From an uncultured Pseudomonadota bacterium (GTDB lineage: Bacteria > Oederibacteriota > Muellerivitia > Muellerivitales > Muellerivitaceae): 64,000 bases of DNA. The stretch is from NCBI GenBank assembly GCA_963836235.1, contig CAWIIP010000002.1, forward strand, positions 1,344,001-1,408,000, written 5' to 3'. The notes under the pieces were generated by a model, which ran no database searches, was not told the origin of the DNA, and saw only the letters and a list, made by a program, of their open reading frames with translations. Position numbers and translations under genes: made by a program. This document shows positions 47,542 through 59,400 of this stretch, piece after piece; position 1 is the first letter of the stretch; every line of letters begins with the position of its first letter.

Positions 47542-48393
47542 TTAAGCGACGTGATCCTTCAACAACTCGGCTTCTTTCGAGCCACGGATTTTCTTCATGG
47601 CCCTTTCCTCAATCTGGCGCACCCTCTCCTTGGAAATCCGCAGGCGCTTGCCGATCTCATCCAAGGTTTGGCCGCCACGGCCGTCCAGGCCGTAACGCCA
47701 GGTAAGGATTTTACCATCCCTTTGGTCCAGCGCCTTCAGGGCCAGTTGAAGTTTTTCCGTCAGGTCCTTGTCCATCATATCCTTCTCGAACTTTTCCGTG
47801 TCTTTGGGATTGCTCAAGAAATCCACGATGGGCTTTTCACTGTCCCCCACGCGGGTAGTATCCAGGCTTAGGTAGCCATAGGAGAATTGCTGAACCTCGT
47901 TCAGGGTCTCTCGGCTGATATCAGCCTTTTTCATCACTTCCTCGTCGCTGACCGGACCCCCGGCTTTAAGCTGAAGGGCCTGAACCTGTTTGTTGATCTT
48001 GCGGATCTTTTTGGTTTGGCTCTGAGGAATCCGCACCATGGCGCCTTTATCCAAGATAGCGGCCAGAATGGACTGGCGAATCCACCAAACGGCATAGGAG
48101 ACAAACCGGACTCCCCGTTCCGGGTCAAAGGTCCGGGCGGCTTTCATCAGCCCCAGGTTCCCTTCGTTGATCAAGTCGAGGAACGACAGTCCCCGGTTGC
48201 GGTAGCCCTTGGCGATGGAAACCACGAATCGCAGGTTGGATTCCACCAGGCGGTTCAAAGCTCCTTCCTCGCCCTTTTGGACGAGGCGGCTGAGGGTCTT
48301 CTCTTCCGGGGGAGTTAAAAGGGGAATACGGGCGATTTCTTTTAGGTACGTCCCCACTGATTTTTCTTCACTGAAGAATGGCATCTTTTCCAT
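47542..48393 (-). CDS. Sigma-70 family alternative sigma factor
   Basis: YLKEI, NLRFVVSIAK, DLINEGNLGL, YAVWWIRQ, ISKERVRQIE; no region 1.1. Confidence 0.93.
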   Translation of the reverse strand: MEKMPFFSEEKSVGTYLKEIARIPLLTPPEEKTLSRLVQKGEEGALNRLVESNLRFVVSIAKGYRNRGLSFLDLINEGNLGLMKAARTFDPERGVRFVSYAVWWIRQSILAAILDKGAMVRIPQSQTKKIRKINKQVQALQLKAGGPVSDEEVMKKADISRETLNEVQQFSYGYLSLDTTRVGDSEKPIVDFLSNPKDTEKFEKDMMDKDLTEKLQLALKALDQRDGKILTWRYGLDGRGGQTLDEIGKRLRISKERVRQIEERAMKKIRGSKEAELLKDHVA

Positions 48394-48468
48394 GACGGTC
48401 TCCTTTGTTGACCTTTAGAAACTATTATCCTAAATTCCTATATAATCTTTATTTAATAAAACAGATTA

Positions 48469-48489
48469 TATGAGTCGATATATGTCAAG
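48469..48489. promoter_or_regulatory. HAIR-like HspR operator
   Basis: TATGAGT-N7-TGTCAAG versus consensus CTTGAGT-N7-ACTCAAG. Confidence 0.55.
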
Positions 48490-48579
48490 TAAAACCAAAA
48501 AGTTACTAATAACCTGATTTTAATAAAAGTGGGCTTTTTATTGGGGTTTAGGGCTATTTTTTAGATAAAGGAAATGGGC

Positions 48580-49650
48580 TTAAGGTGTCTTGGAATGCTT
48601 GACGGCCCCTTCAATAGCCTCTTCGGACTTCAGAAAGGCTCTCATGGTCGGCAGGTAAAGCATCGTCGAAACCGCCATCGGCAGGAGGAAGAAAACCAAA
48701 CGGAATAAAAGGGCCGCCACCAGCGTCGGCTCAAAGCCCACCCCTAATAATTTAAAGGTTCCCGCTAGGGCAACCTCGCTGATCCCTAAGCCCGCCGGAA
48801 CCGGGTTGATGGTGGAGGTCAAAAACATCACCGTAAAACCCAACATGAGCAGCCCCGGCGGCATGGAAACCCCCACCGCCCGGAAACAAAAGAAAAGGGT
48901 CATGGCGGTGAAGAACCAATCCATGGATACCCAGAAAAAAACCCCTAAAAGCCGGACCATGTCGCGGTGGAGGAATTGGATGGTTTTTTCCAGGTTATCG
49001 CGGATCTCCACCAGCCTTTGATGGCTCGTGTTTTTCTTCAGGAAAGTACGCCCCAGCCAATCCCCTAATTGAATCATTACTTTCAAGAACCACTTTCGAA
49101 GCATTCCATGAAAGAAAAGAAGAAGCATTCCCGCCACCAGGGCGATCAACCCCAGCATGAAGAGCAGGACCAGGACTTCCCGGGAACCGCCCACGAATTC
49201 CGGGTGTTCCCTCAAGAAAATGAGGCCCCCAAAGGAAACGCAAACCAGGACCAGGTTAAAGACCATGTTTTGGGCGAAAGAGATGGGAACCGTAACGGAA
49301 TAAGGGATTTTTTCATGTTTCAAAAGAAAGGCCCGGATGGCAATGCCGGCCCATCCTCCCGAGGAAACAATGAAATTGATCGTATAGGAGATAAACATAA
49401 TGGAGAAAAACCGGGTGAAAGGAACCCGGTGGGGAGTCATTTGAAAAAGGCCCCTGAAGGAAAGGGCGAAGGACAGGTAGGCCGTGGCCGTGCATAGAAG
49501 GGCGAATAATAATTGGAGGAACTGAATTTGGTGGACCGACTCCAAAAGCTTGGGGATATCGGTGAAAAAGGCCATGACCAACGCGAGAACCATGAACCCC
49601 ACGATAAAAAGCGAGAGGATCACCAGGATTTTACGGTTAGGCTGGCTCAT
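48580..49650 (-). CDS. LPG-synthase TM / flippase-like membrane protein
   Basis: Multi-TM; PVPAGLGISE; LLFRLVFFLLP. Confidence 0.85.
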   Translation of the reverse strand: MSQPNRKILVILSLFIVGFMVLALVMAFFTDIPKLLESVHQIQFLQLLFALLCTATAYLSFALSFRGLFQMTPHRVPFTRFFSIMFISYTINFIVSSGGWAGIAIRAFLLKHEKIPYSVTVPISFAQNMVFNLVLVCVSFGGLIFLREHPEFVGGSREVLVLLFMLGLIALVAGMLLLFFHGMLRKWFLKVMIQLGDWLGRTFLKKNTSHQRLVEIRDNLEKTIQFLHRDMVRLLGVFFWVSMDWFFTAMTLFFCFRAVGVSMPPGLLMLGFTVMFLTSTINPVPAGLGISEVALAGTFKLLGVGFEPTLVAALLFRLVFFLLPMAVSTMLYLPTMRAFLKSEEAIEGAVKHSKTP

Positions 49651-49672
49651 TCAAAAATCCTTAAAATCGGAT

Positions 49673-49776
49673 TTTTGAGTTCGAAGTTCTAAGTTTTGAG
49701 TTTTGAGTCCCGGTTAATTTGAATTAAAGGTTCAAATTTCCCTAACTTAAAACTTAAAACTCAAAACTTAAAACTC
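49673..49776. repeat. Inverted arrays of 7-bp tandem repeats
   Basis: (TTTTGAG)n ... (AACTTAA/AACTCAA)n. Confidence 0.75.
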
Positions 49777-49796
49777 TTTTCTGTACAATATCGCCC

Positions 49797-51068
49797 ATGT
49801 TCCAAAAACGAATCTTGTTTCTCGTCGCGGCGGCCCTGCTTTTGGCCGTGGGTTGCGCGCCCACGCGTAAGCTGGTCCAGGAATCCCCCAGCCTTCCAGC
49901 TCCGGCCCCCTCCCCCACTCCTACGGCGGCTCCGGAAGCGGTTGAAACCTCCAACCAGCCCCTGACTTTGGCTTTCACTGGGGACATTATGATGGGTGAC
50001 TCGGCGGCCTACAAACTGAAAACCGAGGGCCCGGACTCTTTCTTTACTTACACCGCCCCGCTCTTGAAGCAGGCCGATCTTGCCATGGGAAACCTGGAAG
50101 GCCCCTTGGGAACGGGCGGCGACAAGTTCCCCCACAAAAAATATAACTTCCTGGTGGACCCTTCCTGCGCCATCGGCCTGGCTCACGCCGGCTTCAAGCT
50201 TCTCACCCTAGCTAACAACCATACCATGGACTTCGGCGTGCCGGCCCTGCAATCCACTTTTGAAGCTTTGGACGCCCAGGGACTCAAGCATTGCGGCGCG
50301 GGCATGAACGAAGGTGAGGCCCGCGAGCCCGCCTGGTTCGAGATAAAGGGCCACAAGATCGCTGTATTGGCTTACTCCCTGACCGAGCCCACCGAATATT
50401 GGGCCACCGACACCCGGGCAGGCTGCGCCGCGGCCTCCGGCCCCGACATGCGGGAAGATATCGCCCGGGCCCGTAAGGAAGGCGCCGACCTAGTGGTGGT
50501 CTGCTGCCACTGGGGCCAGGAAAAACATACCCGCCTTCGTGGCTACCAGCCTACTTTAGCCCACCTCGCCATCGATGCCGGGGCGGACGCGGTCGTCTGC
50601 CACCACCCCCATATCTGGCAGACCTTGGAAACCTACCACGGAAAACCCATTGCCTATGCCATCGGCAATTTTTGCTTCGGCACGCTGACCTCCATCAGCC
50701 AAAGCGGAATCTTATACCTGACCTTTGGAGAAAAAGGGACTTGGCTCGGCGGAAGAATCCTGCCCTTGAACGTGCTCAACTACCAGGTGCGTTTCGCGGC
50801 CAGGCCCATGGATAAAAAAAACGCGCAGAAGTTCTTCGCTTATCTTCACAAGTTTTCAAAAAGCGCCGATTTAAAAATGGAAGGCACGGAAATCGAATGG
50901 AAAGCGCCGCCGGAAACAAGCCAAGAACCCCTGGAGGCCCTGAAAGAGCCCGCTCCCTTGCCAACGGCACAATCAATGGCGACGCCCGCTTTAAAAGTTA
51001 TTCCCACCGATACTCCCGACCCCTCGGGAAATAAGGAAGGCTCCGTCCCTGGCGCGGGAAAGCCTTAA
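49797..51068 (+). CDS. CapA/PGA_cap metallophosphatase-like lipoprotein
   Basis: Lipobox AVGC; GDIM, GNLE, LANNHTMDFG, HWG, HHPH. Confidence 0.9.
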   Translation: MFQKRILFLVAAALLLAVGCAPTRKLVQESPSLPAPAPSPTPTAAPEAVETSNQPLTLAFTGDIMMGDSAAYKLKTEGPDSFFTYTAPLLKQADLAMGNLEGPLGTGGDKFPHKKYNFLVDPSCAIGLAHAGFKLLTLANNHTMDFGVPALQSTFEALDAQGLKHCGAGMNEGEAREPAWFEIKGHKIAVLAYSLTEPTEYWATDTRAGCAAASGPDMREDIARARKEGADLVVVCCHWGQEKHTRLRGYQPTLAHLAIDAGADAVVCHHPHIWQTLETYHGKPIAYAIGNFCFGTLTSISQSGILYLTFGEKGTWLGGRILPLNVLNYQVRFAARPMDKKNAQKFFAYLHKFSKSADLKMEGTEIEWKAPPETSQEPLEALKEPAPLPTAQSMATPALKVIPTDTPDPSGNKEGSVPGAGKP

Positions 51069-51188
51069 TAAATCAACTCTCCCCCGCCAATTCCTTAAAA
51101 CAAACTTCGGAACCTAAATTTAAATTTTGAAGAGGGCCCCGAGAGGGACAGGTTTGTTCAAATGGCAAAGACCTTTTGTGACCGGCCC

Positions 51189-53435
51189 TTAGTAAGCCTC
51201 AATATCATCGATTCGGACATTGCCAACCGTGAAGGTCGTTCCGCCAAAGGAGTAACAGCCGACGGCCACATAATTAATATTGGTCACGTCATAACCGGAT
51301 GAAGTCATGAGCGACGCGGGATAATCCACTTGGGTCCAAGCGCCCGGCGTCAGGTAAGCCTGGCCGCTGGTGACGAGGCTGGTGCTGGGGCTTTCCACGT
51401 AGATTTGGCCGATGGGATTTCCATCCATCACGCCCACGTCGAGCCATATTTGGGCGCGGATGCCGCCGCCCGTCACGTTGAGGGGAGTGGCGAAATTTTG
51501 AGAGATTTCGGATTCCTGGGCGTTCGCCGTAAAGGGACTGCTTAAGTTGAGGTAATAAAGCGAGCTCGCGGTGGGAACCCCGCCCGGCTGGATAGTGATG
51601 GTACTCGCGACCTCCCCGGAAATATTCGACAATTGCCAGCCGTCGGTCGTGTCGTCATCGAAATTCCAAACCTGAATGGGGGTCAGCGTCGCCGTCGGCG
51701 TGCTCGTTGATGTGTCCGTGGGGGTATCGGTGGGAGTTAAGGTCGCCGTGTCACTGGGGGTTCCGGTGGCCGTAGGCGTGTCGCTGGCTGTGAAGGTGGA
51801 AGTCGCCGTGGCGCTATTGGTGGGAGTAAAAGAAGGGGTGGCCGTAACGGTACCGGTGGTCGTGAAGGACGGCGTGCTGGTAGCGGTTGAGGTTGAGGTC
51901 GCCGTCGAAGTACCGGTAACGGTAAAGGAAGACGTGGTTGTAACAGTGCCGGTGGCCGTGAAGGACGACGTGCTGGTGGCTGTCGAGATTGAGGTCGCGG
52001 TTGAAGTGCCGGTTACGGTAAAGGAAGGCGTGCTAGTCACCGTACCGGTGGCCGTGGATGTTGGAGTCCCCGTGGCCGTAACGGAAGGTGTATTGGTTTG
52101 AGTGCTAGTAACCGTGGAAGTCGCCGTAGGCGCGGTCGTATTGGTGGAAGTGGGAGACGGTGTAGTCGTAACGGTACCAGTAGCGGTAAAAGTGGGACTA
52201 TTGGTAGGTGATCCGGTGGCCGTAACGGAAGGTGTATTAGTTAAGGTGCCGGTAACCGTGAAAGTCGCCGTGGGCACGGCCGTATTGGCCGAGGTGGGTG
52301 ACGGTGTATCTGTAATGGTACCAGTGGCGGTTAAGGTGGAGGTCGCCGTGGCGCTATCGGTTACCGTTAATGACGGTGTATTGGTGACCGTGCCAGTGGG
52401 GGTTAAGGTGGCCGTTGAGGTGGGCGGTAAAGACGTGGCGGTGGACGTCGGAGGCACGGGGGTCAAGGTCGCCGTCGAGGTAGAAGTCGCCGTGGGACTT
52501 AAGGTCGGGGTGAAGGCCACAGTGGAGAAAGTCGTGGGGGTTGGCAGGGCCGTTGGGCAATTGCCCGTCAGGTCTTCCGTCGTTTGTTCGTAGGCGAAAT
52601 AAGGCAGCGTCGTGTTGACCCTGTACCTAAACGAGGGCCCCGATTGGCTTGAACCAGGGTTGATGATTTGGACCCAGGCATGCCCCCCTGTGCCGAATGC
52701 CACGCAATAGACGTCTCCCGCCTGGAGCAAAGTCACCGAAGCCCCAGCGGCCTGTTTGGCAACGCCCGAGGAAGCGACGTAACCGGCTGTGGGCGCCGCC
52801 GCGAAATCCACCAAGTTGCCGTTGCCCATATAGGCGACACTGTCCGCGCCGATGGTATTCATCTGGAATCCGCCCGCCCCCACCGGCTGAAAGATCACGT
52901 CATACCCCGTAGTCGGCCCGCCGGAAGGCACTAAGGCGTCTGTTTCAAAAGCGAAATAAGATCCGTTCGCGTACAAGGCCGTATTGATGTCGTAGCAGTT
53001 CCTCGCCACCGAACCCATTTCCACCACGATCAGACTGGCGGGCTGGGAAGTGACGTCCATATCCACCGCGCCCAGGGCCAGGGGATTGTGGTTCGAGGAG
53101 TCGTTGATCTGGAAGGCCATGAGCCGCGAGGGCCCTTCCTGCACATTGATGGAAAAATCCACCGTTCCCGAATCCGCCGAGGTGCTGAAGGGCCCCACCG
53201 TTCCCCCCTCCGCCGCCATGCCAGACCCAGTGACTTCGTAATAGACCTCGTTGCTGGCGACCCCTAAAAGGGACGCCTTGAGCGAGCCGGTCACGGGCAT
53301 GGAAATGGACATGGCAATCCCCTTCAGGGGCATCACGGGTGCCGTGGCCGGTTTGTTGCAGCCCGCCAAAGCGAAAAGCCCCAGGAGAGCGGCCCCAGTC
53401 CCGTAGCGCCAGAGAGGGTTAGAGTTTGATTTCAT
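51189..53435 (-). CDS. Lipoprotein with a ~290-aa Thr/Ser/Pro stalk and C-terminal CBM-like domain
   Basis: Lipobox LAGC; TATGT/TPS repeats; [11 protein letters not shown]...VRIDDI. Confidence 0.8.
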   Translation of the reverse strand: MKSNSNPLWRYGTGAALLGLFALAGCNKPATAPVMPLKGIAMSISMPVTGSLKASLLGVASNEVYYEVTGSGMAAEGGTVGPFSTSADSGTVDFSINVQEGPSRLMAFQINDSSNHNPLALGAVDMDVTSQPASLIVVEMGSVARNCYDINTALYANGSYFAFETDALVPSGGPTTGYDVIFQPVGAGGFQMNTIGADSVAYMGNGNLVDFAAAPTAGYVASSGVAKQAAGASVTLLQAGDVYCVAFGTGGHAWVQIINPGSSQSGPSFRYRVNTTLPYFAYEQTTEDLTGNCPTALPTPTTFSTVAFTPTLSPTATSTSTATLTPVPPTSTATSLPPTSTATLTPTGTVTNTPSLTVTDSATATSTLTATGTITDTPSPTSANTAVPTATFTVTGTLTNTPSVTATGSPTNSPTFTATGTVTTTPSPTSTNTTAPTATSTVTSTQTNTPSVTATGTPTSTATGTVTSTPSFTVTGTSTATSISTATSTSSFTATGTVTTTSSFTVTGTSTATSTSTATSTPSFTTTGTVTATPSFTPTNSATATSTFTASDTPTATGTPSDTATLTPTDTPTDTSTSTPTATLTPIQVWNFDDDTTDGWQLSNISGEVASTITIQPGGVPTASSLYYLNLSSPFTANAQESEISQNFATPLNVTGGGIRAQIWLDVGVMDGNPIGQIYVESPSTSLVTSGQAYLTPGAWTQVDYPASLMTSSGYDVTNINYVAVGCYSFGGTTFTVGNVRIDDIEAY

Positions 53436-54555
53436 AATTCGCCCCGAAAGTCCATCGGTTATAGAAAATATCCACCCGGCTTCCCACCTCGCCGCCCGCC
53501 CCCAACCAGTCGATATAGTCGTAAGAAGCCGACAGTTTTAAAACTGATTGGCTGTCCAACTTGAACTTATACGAAGGTTCGGCCCCGAAGAGGAAACCTC
53601 CCCCGTCGTAATAAGCAATGTCCCCCGTGCTATTGGGATTGTAGCCGTTAGCCATCACGTATTTGGCCCGGCCCGCCAAGGTGAAGTCGCCAAAAGACCA
53701 GGCGGGATTGAAATAGAATCGGGGCGCCAGGGAATCATGGGCCTCGGTGGTCCAAGCCCCGTTCACCGGTCTTTGAACCGGCAGGAATTCCTGCACTCCC
53801 GCCTCAAAGGAAAAGGCCGAGGGATTCACCCAGGTATAGGAAAGGTTGAAATTGGGCCCCATCCACAAAAGATCCTGGCCGTTTTGGTAGGTGGGGAAGA
53901 ACACAAAGGCCGAGGCCCGGATAGCCTCGCTTTGGCCCGAGGGATAGGGCGTCACCCGGTTCAGCGAAAAGAAGGCCGAATCCCCTAGTTTCAAGTCCTG
54001 GGCGGGAAGCCCCAACCCGTAATCGGGGTTGAAGGCCCCGGAATACATGTAACCCAGCGCCGCGCCATACTGGGCGCCGCCCGCCGGCAAGGAGATGCCG
54101 TAAAGTGCGCTCATCCCAAAACCCCTTCCCCGGTAACGGTCGTCGACGAATTCGGTGGGGATATTGGACGGCGTCGTTTCCGTTTCCCAAGCCTGATTCC
54201 CCGTGGGTAGGTTGAACCCCAGGCTCAATATGGAGGGAAGGGAAAAATTCTGGAAGCCGAACTCGCCCCCCACCACTGTGTCCGAGACTCCGGTCAGGTT
54301 GAGGGTCTGGGTTCCGGCGGTGGAGTCGGTGTAATTCCCGCTGGCGAATTCCGACTGGGCGTAGAGGTTCAGTTCTTTCGTGGGGTTGATGGAAAAGGTC
54401 ATGGGCACCAGGATTTCCCGCCCGTTAAAAGGCAGGCTGGTGTCCGCGTTCCAGCTTTGATATTGGGCGCCCAAATCCAATTGCCCCGCGCCAAAGCCGC
54501 AAGAGGCGGCGCTCAAGAACAAAAGGGCAAGGGTGATAAAGTGAAGGGTCTTCAT
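53419..54555 (-). CDS. Outer-membrane beta-barrel protein
   Basis: Signal peptide, amphipathic strands, C-terminal [11 protein letters not shown]. Confidence 0.7.
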   Translation of the reverse strand: MKTLHFITLALLFLSAASCGFGAGQLDLGAQYQSWNADTSLPFNGREILVPMTFSINPTKELNLYAQSEFASGNYTDSTAGTQTLNLTGVSDTVVGGEFGFQNFSLPSILSLGFNLPTGNQAWETETTPSNIPTEFVDDRYRGRGFGMSALYGISLPAGGAQYGAALGYMYSGAFNPDYGLGLPAQDLKLGDSAFFSLNRVTPYPSGQSEAIRASAFVFFPTYQNGQDLLWMGPNFNLSYTWVNPSAFSFEAGVQEFLPVQRPVNGAWTTEAHDSLAPRFYFNPAWSFGDFTLAGRAKYVMANGYNPNSTGDIAYYDGGGFLFGAEPSYKFKLDSQSVLKLSASYDYIDWLGAGGEVGSRVDIFYNRWTFGANYEIKL

Positions 54556-55463
54556 GGAACCGTCTCCCCCGCTCCGACATGAAGCTGGATGTTCAGGGTT
54601 TGTTGAGCCGAACTCAGGTTGTTATTGCTGTTGATGAGGATTCCCTGCTGGAAGTTGTTGTTCAAATCTCCCAAGGCGGGGTTCGAGAGGGGGTTGGTTT
54701 CGGGATTGACCGGGGACGGATTGTTGCCGCCGGTCCCAGGGCTATTGTTTCCCGTTCCGTTCGAATTGGGAGCGGGGTTATTGGAACCTTGGCTACCCGA
54801 ACCTGTTCCATTGTTGTTCTGTCCGTTGCCATTAGGGGTTGTTCCCTTTTTAGTATTGGGGACTTGACCACCCGTGCCTTGGCCGTTGGGGCTTGTGGTG
54901 GGTACATGGGTGAAGTGCGCCTTTTGACCCGCCGCGAAGGTAACCTCTTTGGGCCCAAACCGGGTGAAGACCGAACCCTCCACGACATTCAGGAACAAAG
55001 AATGCGTTTTAGGAATATATTCCATCGCGAATTGGGTCCCCCGGACACCGCAAACTACCCCGCCTGCGTCGACTTCAAAGGAGGAACTGGAGGAAGTCAG
55101 CTTCTTGACCTTGGCCAAGATGTGGCCGACCAAAAGTTTGAATTCTAAAATCTTATCTTCCGGGGAGGGTTTCTGGAGTTTGGAGAGCGTGACCGCCGAT
55201 TTGGCGCTGATTTTCAACTGGGAACCGTCGAACATCACCAGCGTCGCCGAGGATTCCTTGCCCGTAATGACCCGCTCGCCTTCCTGAATTTTAGAATCCT
55301 GGTGAGCTTTCCTTTCGTTGGCTCCATCCGAACCCAAAACGGTGACTTTCCCTTCGACTGAAGCGAAATAAGCCTGAGTCGTTTGGGAATCAACGGCGGA
55401 CCAGGAAGGTCCAGACAAACAGGCCCCCAACAGAACGAATAAGATGGTTTTCTGAAGCCGCAT
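54552..55463 (-). CDS. Secreted FecR-domain protein with a Gly/Asn-rich tail
   Basis: VITGKESSATL.MFDGS, CGVRGTQF, VVEGSV. Confidence 0.82.
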   Translation of the reverse strand: MRLQKTILFVLLGACLSGPSWSAVDSQTTQAYFASVEGKVTVLGSDGANERKAHQDSKIQEGERVITGKESSATLVMFDGSQLKISAKSAVTLSKLQKPSPEDKILEFKLLVGHILAKVKKLTSSSSSFEVDAGGVVCGVRGTQFAMEYIPKTHSLFLNVVEGSVFTRFGPKEVTFAAGQKAHFTHVPTTSPNGQGTGGQVPNTKKGTTPNGNGQNNNGTGSGSQGSNNPAPNSNGTGNNSPGTGGNNPSPVNPETNPLSNPALGDLNNNFQQGILINSNNNLSSAQQTLNIQLHVGAGETVP

Positions 55464-55624
55464 GAACCGTCGCTTTCAATGGAAAGGAAAGATGTGGAAT
55501 TGGAGTAAATTCTACCGGAATCCTGAGCCCATATTCCAAAAAAAACCTTCAAATTGGGCCTTAATATGGTCATTTCCGGAGATGTTGGGCCGGGACTATT
55601 TCACACACACCATGAAACAACTGT

Positions 55625-55745
55625 TGTCATGGCGAGGAGGCTCTTTCTGAGCCGACGTGGCCATCCATAGGTTTTAGTAAATGCAGTTTTTGGACTGTTT
55701 TGGGTTGCCGTGTCGCCCGAAAATCACGGGCTCCTCGCAACGACT
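55625..55745. repeat. REP-like palindromic element
   Basis: GTCATGGCGAGGAG...GACGTGGCCATCC / GGGTTGCCGTGTC...CTCCTCGCAACGAC. Confidence 0.7.
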
Positions 55746-55763
55746 AATCTAAAATCAAAAACT

Positions 55764-56435
55764 CTAGGCCCTCTCCAAACAGGCCATCAACTCCTGGAAG
55801 TCCGGCAGGATGGTTTCCGCTCCGGCTTCCCGGAGAGACTTTGCTTCATCCTCCTGGGCGATACCGATAAATTTCCAACCCAAGGCATTGGCCGCCCGGA
55901 CATCCCAAATCCAATCGCCAACGTAAACAATCTTGTCGAACTCGGGGGCTTTGTAAAAGGTCTTGGCCTTGTGGAGGCTTGATTTCAAAATCTTCTCGCG
56001 AGTATCACCATCGTCCGATGATCCCAAGGGAACTTGACCGATCTCGAATCCAGCGCTGTTTAGCTTAAACCGTGCCGAGAATCCCCAATTGCCCGTTCCC
56101 ACCGCGATTTTCCAATCGGCATGATTCAAAAGATTGTCCCAAAGCGGTTTCGCCCCCGCGTGGGCTTCAAAAGGTTCCCTTTCATATTCTACTTCCAGCC
56201 ACTTCACCATGCTTTCCTTGAAGCGCGTCGCCTCATCTTCCGAAGCATTTCTTCCATTCTGTTTTTGGGCGATCTCATTGAGGATTCCGGAATCAGTAGA
56301 TTGGACATATCCCGACCAACTGTCCTGAATCATCAGGCCAAAAATTTCTGAAACGGCCCGAACATAAGCCTGATCGTTTCTTTTGGGATGGTATTTGACG
56401 AGGGTTCCGTCAATATCGAAAACAACCAAATTCAT
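55764..56435 (-). CDS. HAD superfamily hydrolase
   Basis: FDIDGTL, TGN, YVGDWIWD. Confidence 0.92.
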   Translation of the reverse strand: MNLVVFDIDGTLVKYHPKRNDQAYVRAVSEIFGLMIQDSWSGYVQSTDSGILNEIAQKQNGRNASEDEATRFKESMVKWLEVEYEREPFEAHAGAKPLWDNLLNHADWKIAVGTGNWGFSARFKLNSAGFEIGQVPLGSSDDGDTREKILKSSLHKAKTFYKAPEFDKIVYVGDWIWDVRAANALGWKFIGIAQEDEAKSLREAGAETILPDFQELMACLERA

Positions 56436-56477
56436 TCGTCTGCTCCAATGGTGGGGCGCGACCTAACTATTCCTTCT

Positions 56478-59400
56478 TCAATTTTTGGGGGTGGCTTTCT
56501 TCCGGGTTTCCCGATGAAGAGGCTTTGATTCCTTTTCCTCGGATGTCCCTCTTTTGTCAAACCGGGACAACACCAGATAAACGCAAGGAACCACGTACAA
56601 GGTCAGTAACGTGGAAACCAGGACGCCGCCGATAACTGCGACGGCCATGGGTGTCCGGCTTTCGGCGCCGGGGCCCAGCGACAGGGCCGCCGGAACGGCG
56701 CCCGCGATGGTGGCCACGGAAGTCATCAAAATGGGCCGCAGGCGGATGGGGCAGGCTTCCAAAAGAGCGTTAAGAACAGAGCCCTTTCCTTTGGCCTTCG
56801 CCCGCACTTGGTTAGTGAAATCCACCAGCAGGATGGAGTTCTTCTTCACGATCCCCATGAGCAAAATCAAGCCGATGACGCTGTAGATATTGATGGACCG
56901 GTGGGCGGCAAGCAGGGCGATCAGCGCGCCGGAAACGGAAAAAGGCAGGGCCATGAGCACCGAAAGTGGGTCGATGAAGCTGTTGAACTGGCTGGCCAAT
57001 ACCATATAGGCCACCAGAATGCCGAGCAGCATCACCCAGCCGAGGCTCTGGAGGGACTCGGCGAAGGTTTGGGAACTTCCGGTCAGGGTGACGTGGTATT
57101 CGGGCGGCAGAATCCGTTTGGCGGCCTCCTGGGCCGCTTGCAAGGCCTTCTGCTGGGATTCGCCCGCTTTGACATTGGCGTAAACCGTAATCGACCTTTC
57201 CCGGTTGCTTCGCCAGATGGATACCATGCCCGTCTGCTCTTCCATGGTGACCAGCTGGGACAAAGAAACCAGTTCACCCCGGTTGTTCCTCACGAAAAGG
57301 CCTTTCACTTTCGCTTGCGGGGCCTCCGAATTATCCTCCAATTTCAGGCGGATATCGTAGCGGTGCCCCCCCTTTTCATAAGTGCCGACCAGGAGCCCCC
57401 CGATCATGGCCTCCACAGTTTGGGAAATGCTGGCGATGCTCACCCCGTAATCCGAGGCCTTTTTCCGGTCCGGAACCACGTGAAGTTCGGGCTGGCCCAA
57501 GGCGTAGTTGGTGTCCAGATCGGTGACATAGCCGCTCTGGTCGAGCTCCTCCACGATCTGTTTCGTGTAGTTCGCCAGCTGGTCCCACTCCGGCCCCTGA
57601 ACCGTGAATTCCACCGGGAACCCGCGGGAGGCGGTGAAGGCCTTAGTGGAAAGGTCCTGAATAACCACGCGAACGTCGGGAATTTTTTTCAGTTCTTTCC
57701 GGCAGACCCCCATGAATTCCTGCTGGGTAAGTTCCCGGCCTGCTTCCGGGTCCTTCCCCCTTTCTCCCGGGTCTTTCATCGTGACCAGCACCGAACCGCC
57801 ATTCGAGTCGCCGGGGGAACCTCCCCCCACTTGCAGGACGTAACGGTCGATCTCGGGCCGGGAGGCTAGGAACTTTTCGACCAGGCTGAATTTCAGGTCC
57901 GAATAGGAAAGGGCCGATCCATCCGGGGTCTTGAGTCGGATATTGAACCGGCTCTGGTCCTCAGGCGGGATGAATTCCTTATTAAGCGCCAGGTAGGCCG
58001 AACAGCTGAGGCCGAAAACCAAAAGGGACGCCAGGATCACCTTGCCCCTGTGCGCCAGGGCCCGGGCCAGGGTCAGGGCGTAAAGGCGGGCCGTCACCTC
58101 AAAAAGCCATTCCATCAGCCGGCCCAGCCGGGTATGGCGGGGGCTGATATCCACGAACTGCGAACAGCGCATGGGGGTCAGGGTGAGGGCTTCTAGGAGC
58201 GAAAGAAGGACCGCCACCGTGATGGTGACCCCGAACTGGAAAAAGAATTTCCCGATGACGCCGCTCATGAAGGCCACCGGCAGGAAGATCGCCACGATGG
58301 AAAGGGTGGCGGCAATGGCGGCGAAGGTAATTTCACGGGAACCGTCCAGGGCGGCCTTGAAGCGGCTCTTCCCCTTTTCCTGGTGGCGGATGATATTTTC
58401 CAAAACCATGATGGCGTCGTCCACGACGATCCCGATGGAAAGGCTCAGGCCCAGCAGGGTGAAGGTGTTCAGGGTGAACCCGGCGAAATAAAGGACGATG
58501 AAACTTCCGACCACCGAGGTCGGGATCGCCAGGATGACGTTCAAGGTGGAGGACCAGCTCCCGAGGAACATCCAGCAGACCAACGCGGTCAGGAGGGCCG
58601 AGAGCAGAAGGGTGAAGTTCAGTTCCTTGACGGCCCTTTCGATATAGAGGGTGCTGTCGAAATTGACCGCCAGATTCATCCCTTCGGGCAGGCCCTTTTG
58701 GATTTCCACCACCTTGGCCCGCACCGCCTTGGCCACCGCCACCGCGTTGGACCCGCGCTGTTTGAGGATGTTCAGCGCCACGCAAGGCACCCCCATAGCC
58801 CGGCTGAGGCTCAGGGCGTCGGCCGTGCCCTCTTCCACCCGCGCGACCTGCTTGAGGTGGATGGGGATGTAGTTCGGCTGGCCCCCGCGCTGGTTGATCA
58901 GCAGATCGCCGAACTCGTCGATGGTTTTGGCCTCGCCCATGGTCCGCACGTTGAGCTGTCTTTTTCCGTCCTCCAGCTGGCCCGAGGGGGACTCCATATG
59001 CTCGTTTTGGATGGTATTGATGACGTCGTTGACCGTGAGGTTGTAGCGGTTGAGCGCCTTGCCATCCACCCAAACCCGCAAGTTGGGGTCCCGGTAGCCG
59101 CCCAGGGTGATATCCCCCACGCCCGCCACCATGGAAAACTGGTCCTTCAGCCGGTCGTTCACGAAGGCCATGAGGTCCTTGGGGGCATATTGGGCGCTGG
59201 AGAGGGTCAGCGACAGGATGGGCTGGTCCTCAGGGTTGGACTTGCGGATAGTCGGTGAGGTGATTTCCTTGGGAAGCTTCTGCAGGACCGAATCGACCTT
59301 GGCCTGGACGTCCTGGATGGCGAGGTCGATATTGCGGTCAAGCTCGAACTCGATGGTGATGGTCCCCTCGCTGTCCTCCGATTCGGAAGTGACGTTGCGG

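Noticed and set aside
51676-52593. Val/Gly-rich + strand ORFs
   Set aside because: Antisense shadow of the Thr/Pro-rich stalk.
56808-59258. Long + strand ORFs opposite the RND gene (similar ones lie opposite mprF, leuC and the S9 peptidase)
   Set aside because: Antisense shadows expected from GC-rich codon usage.
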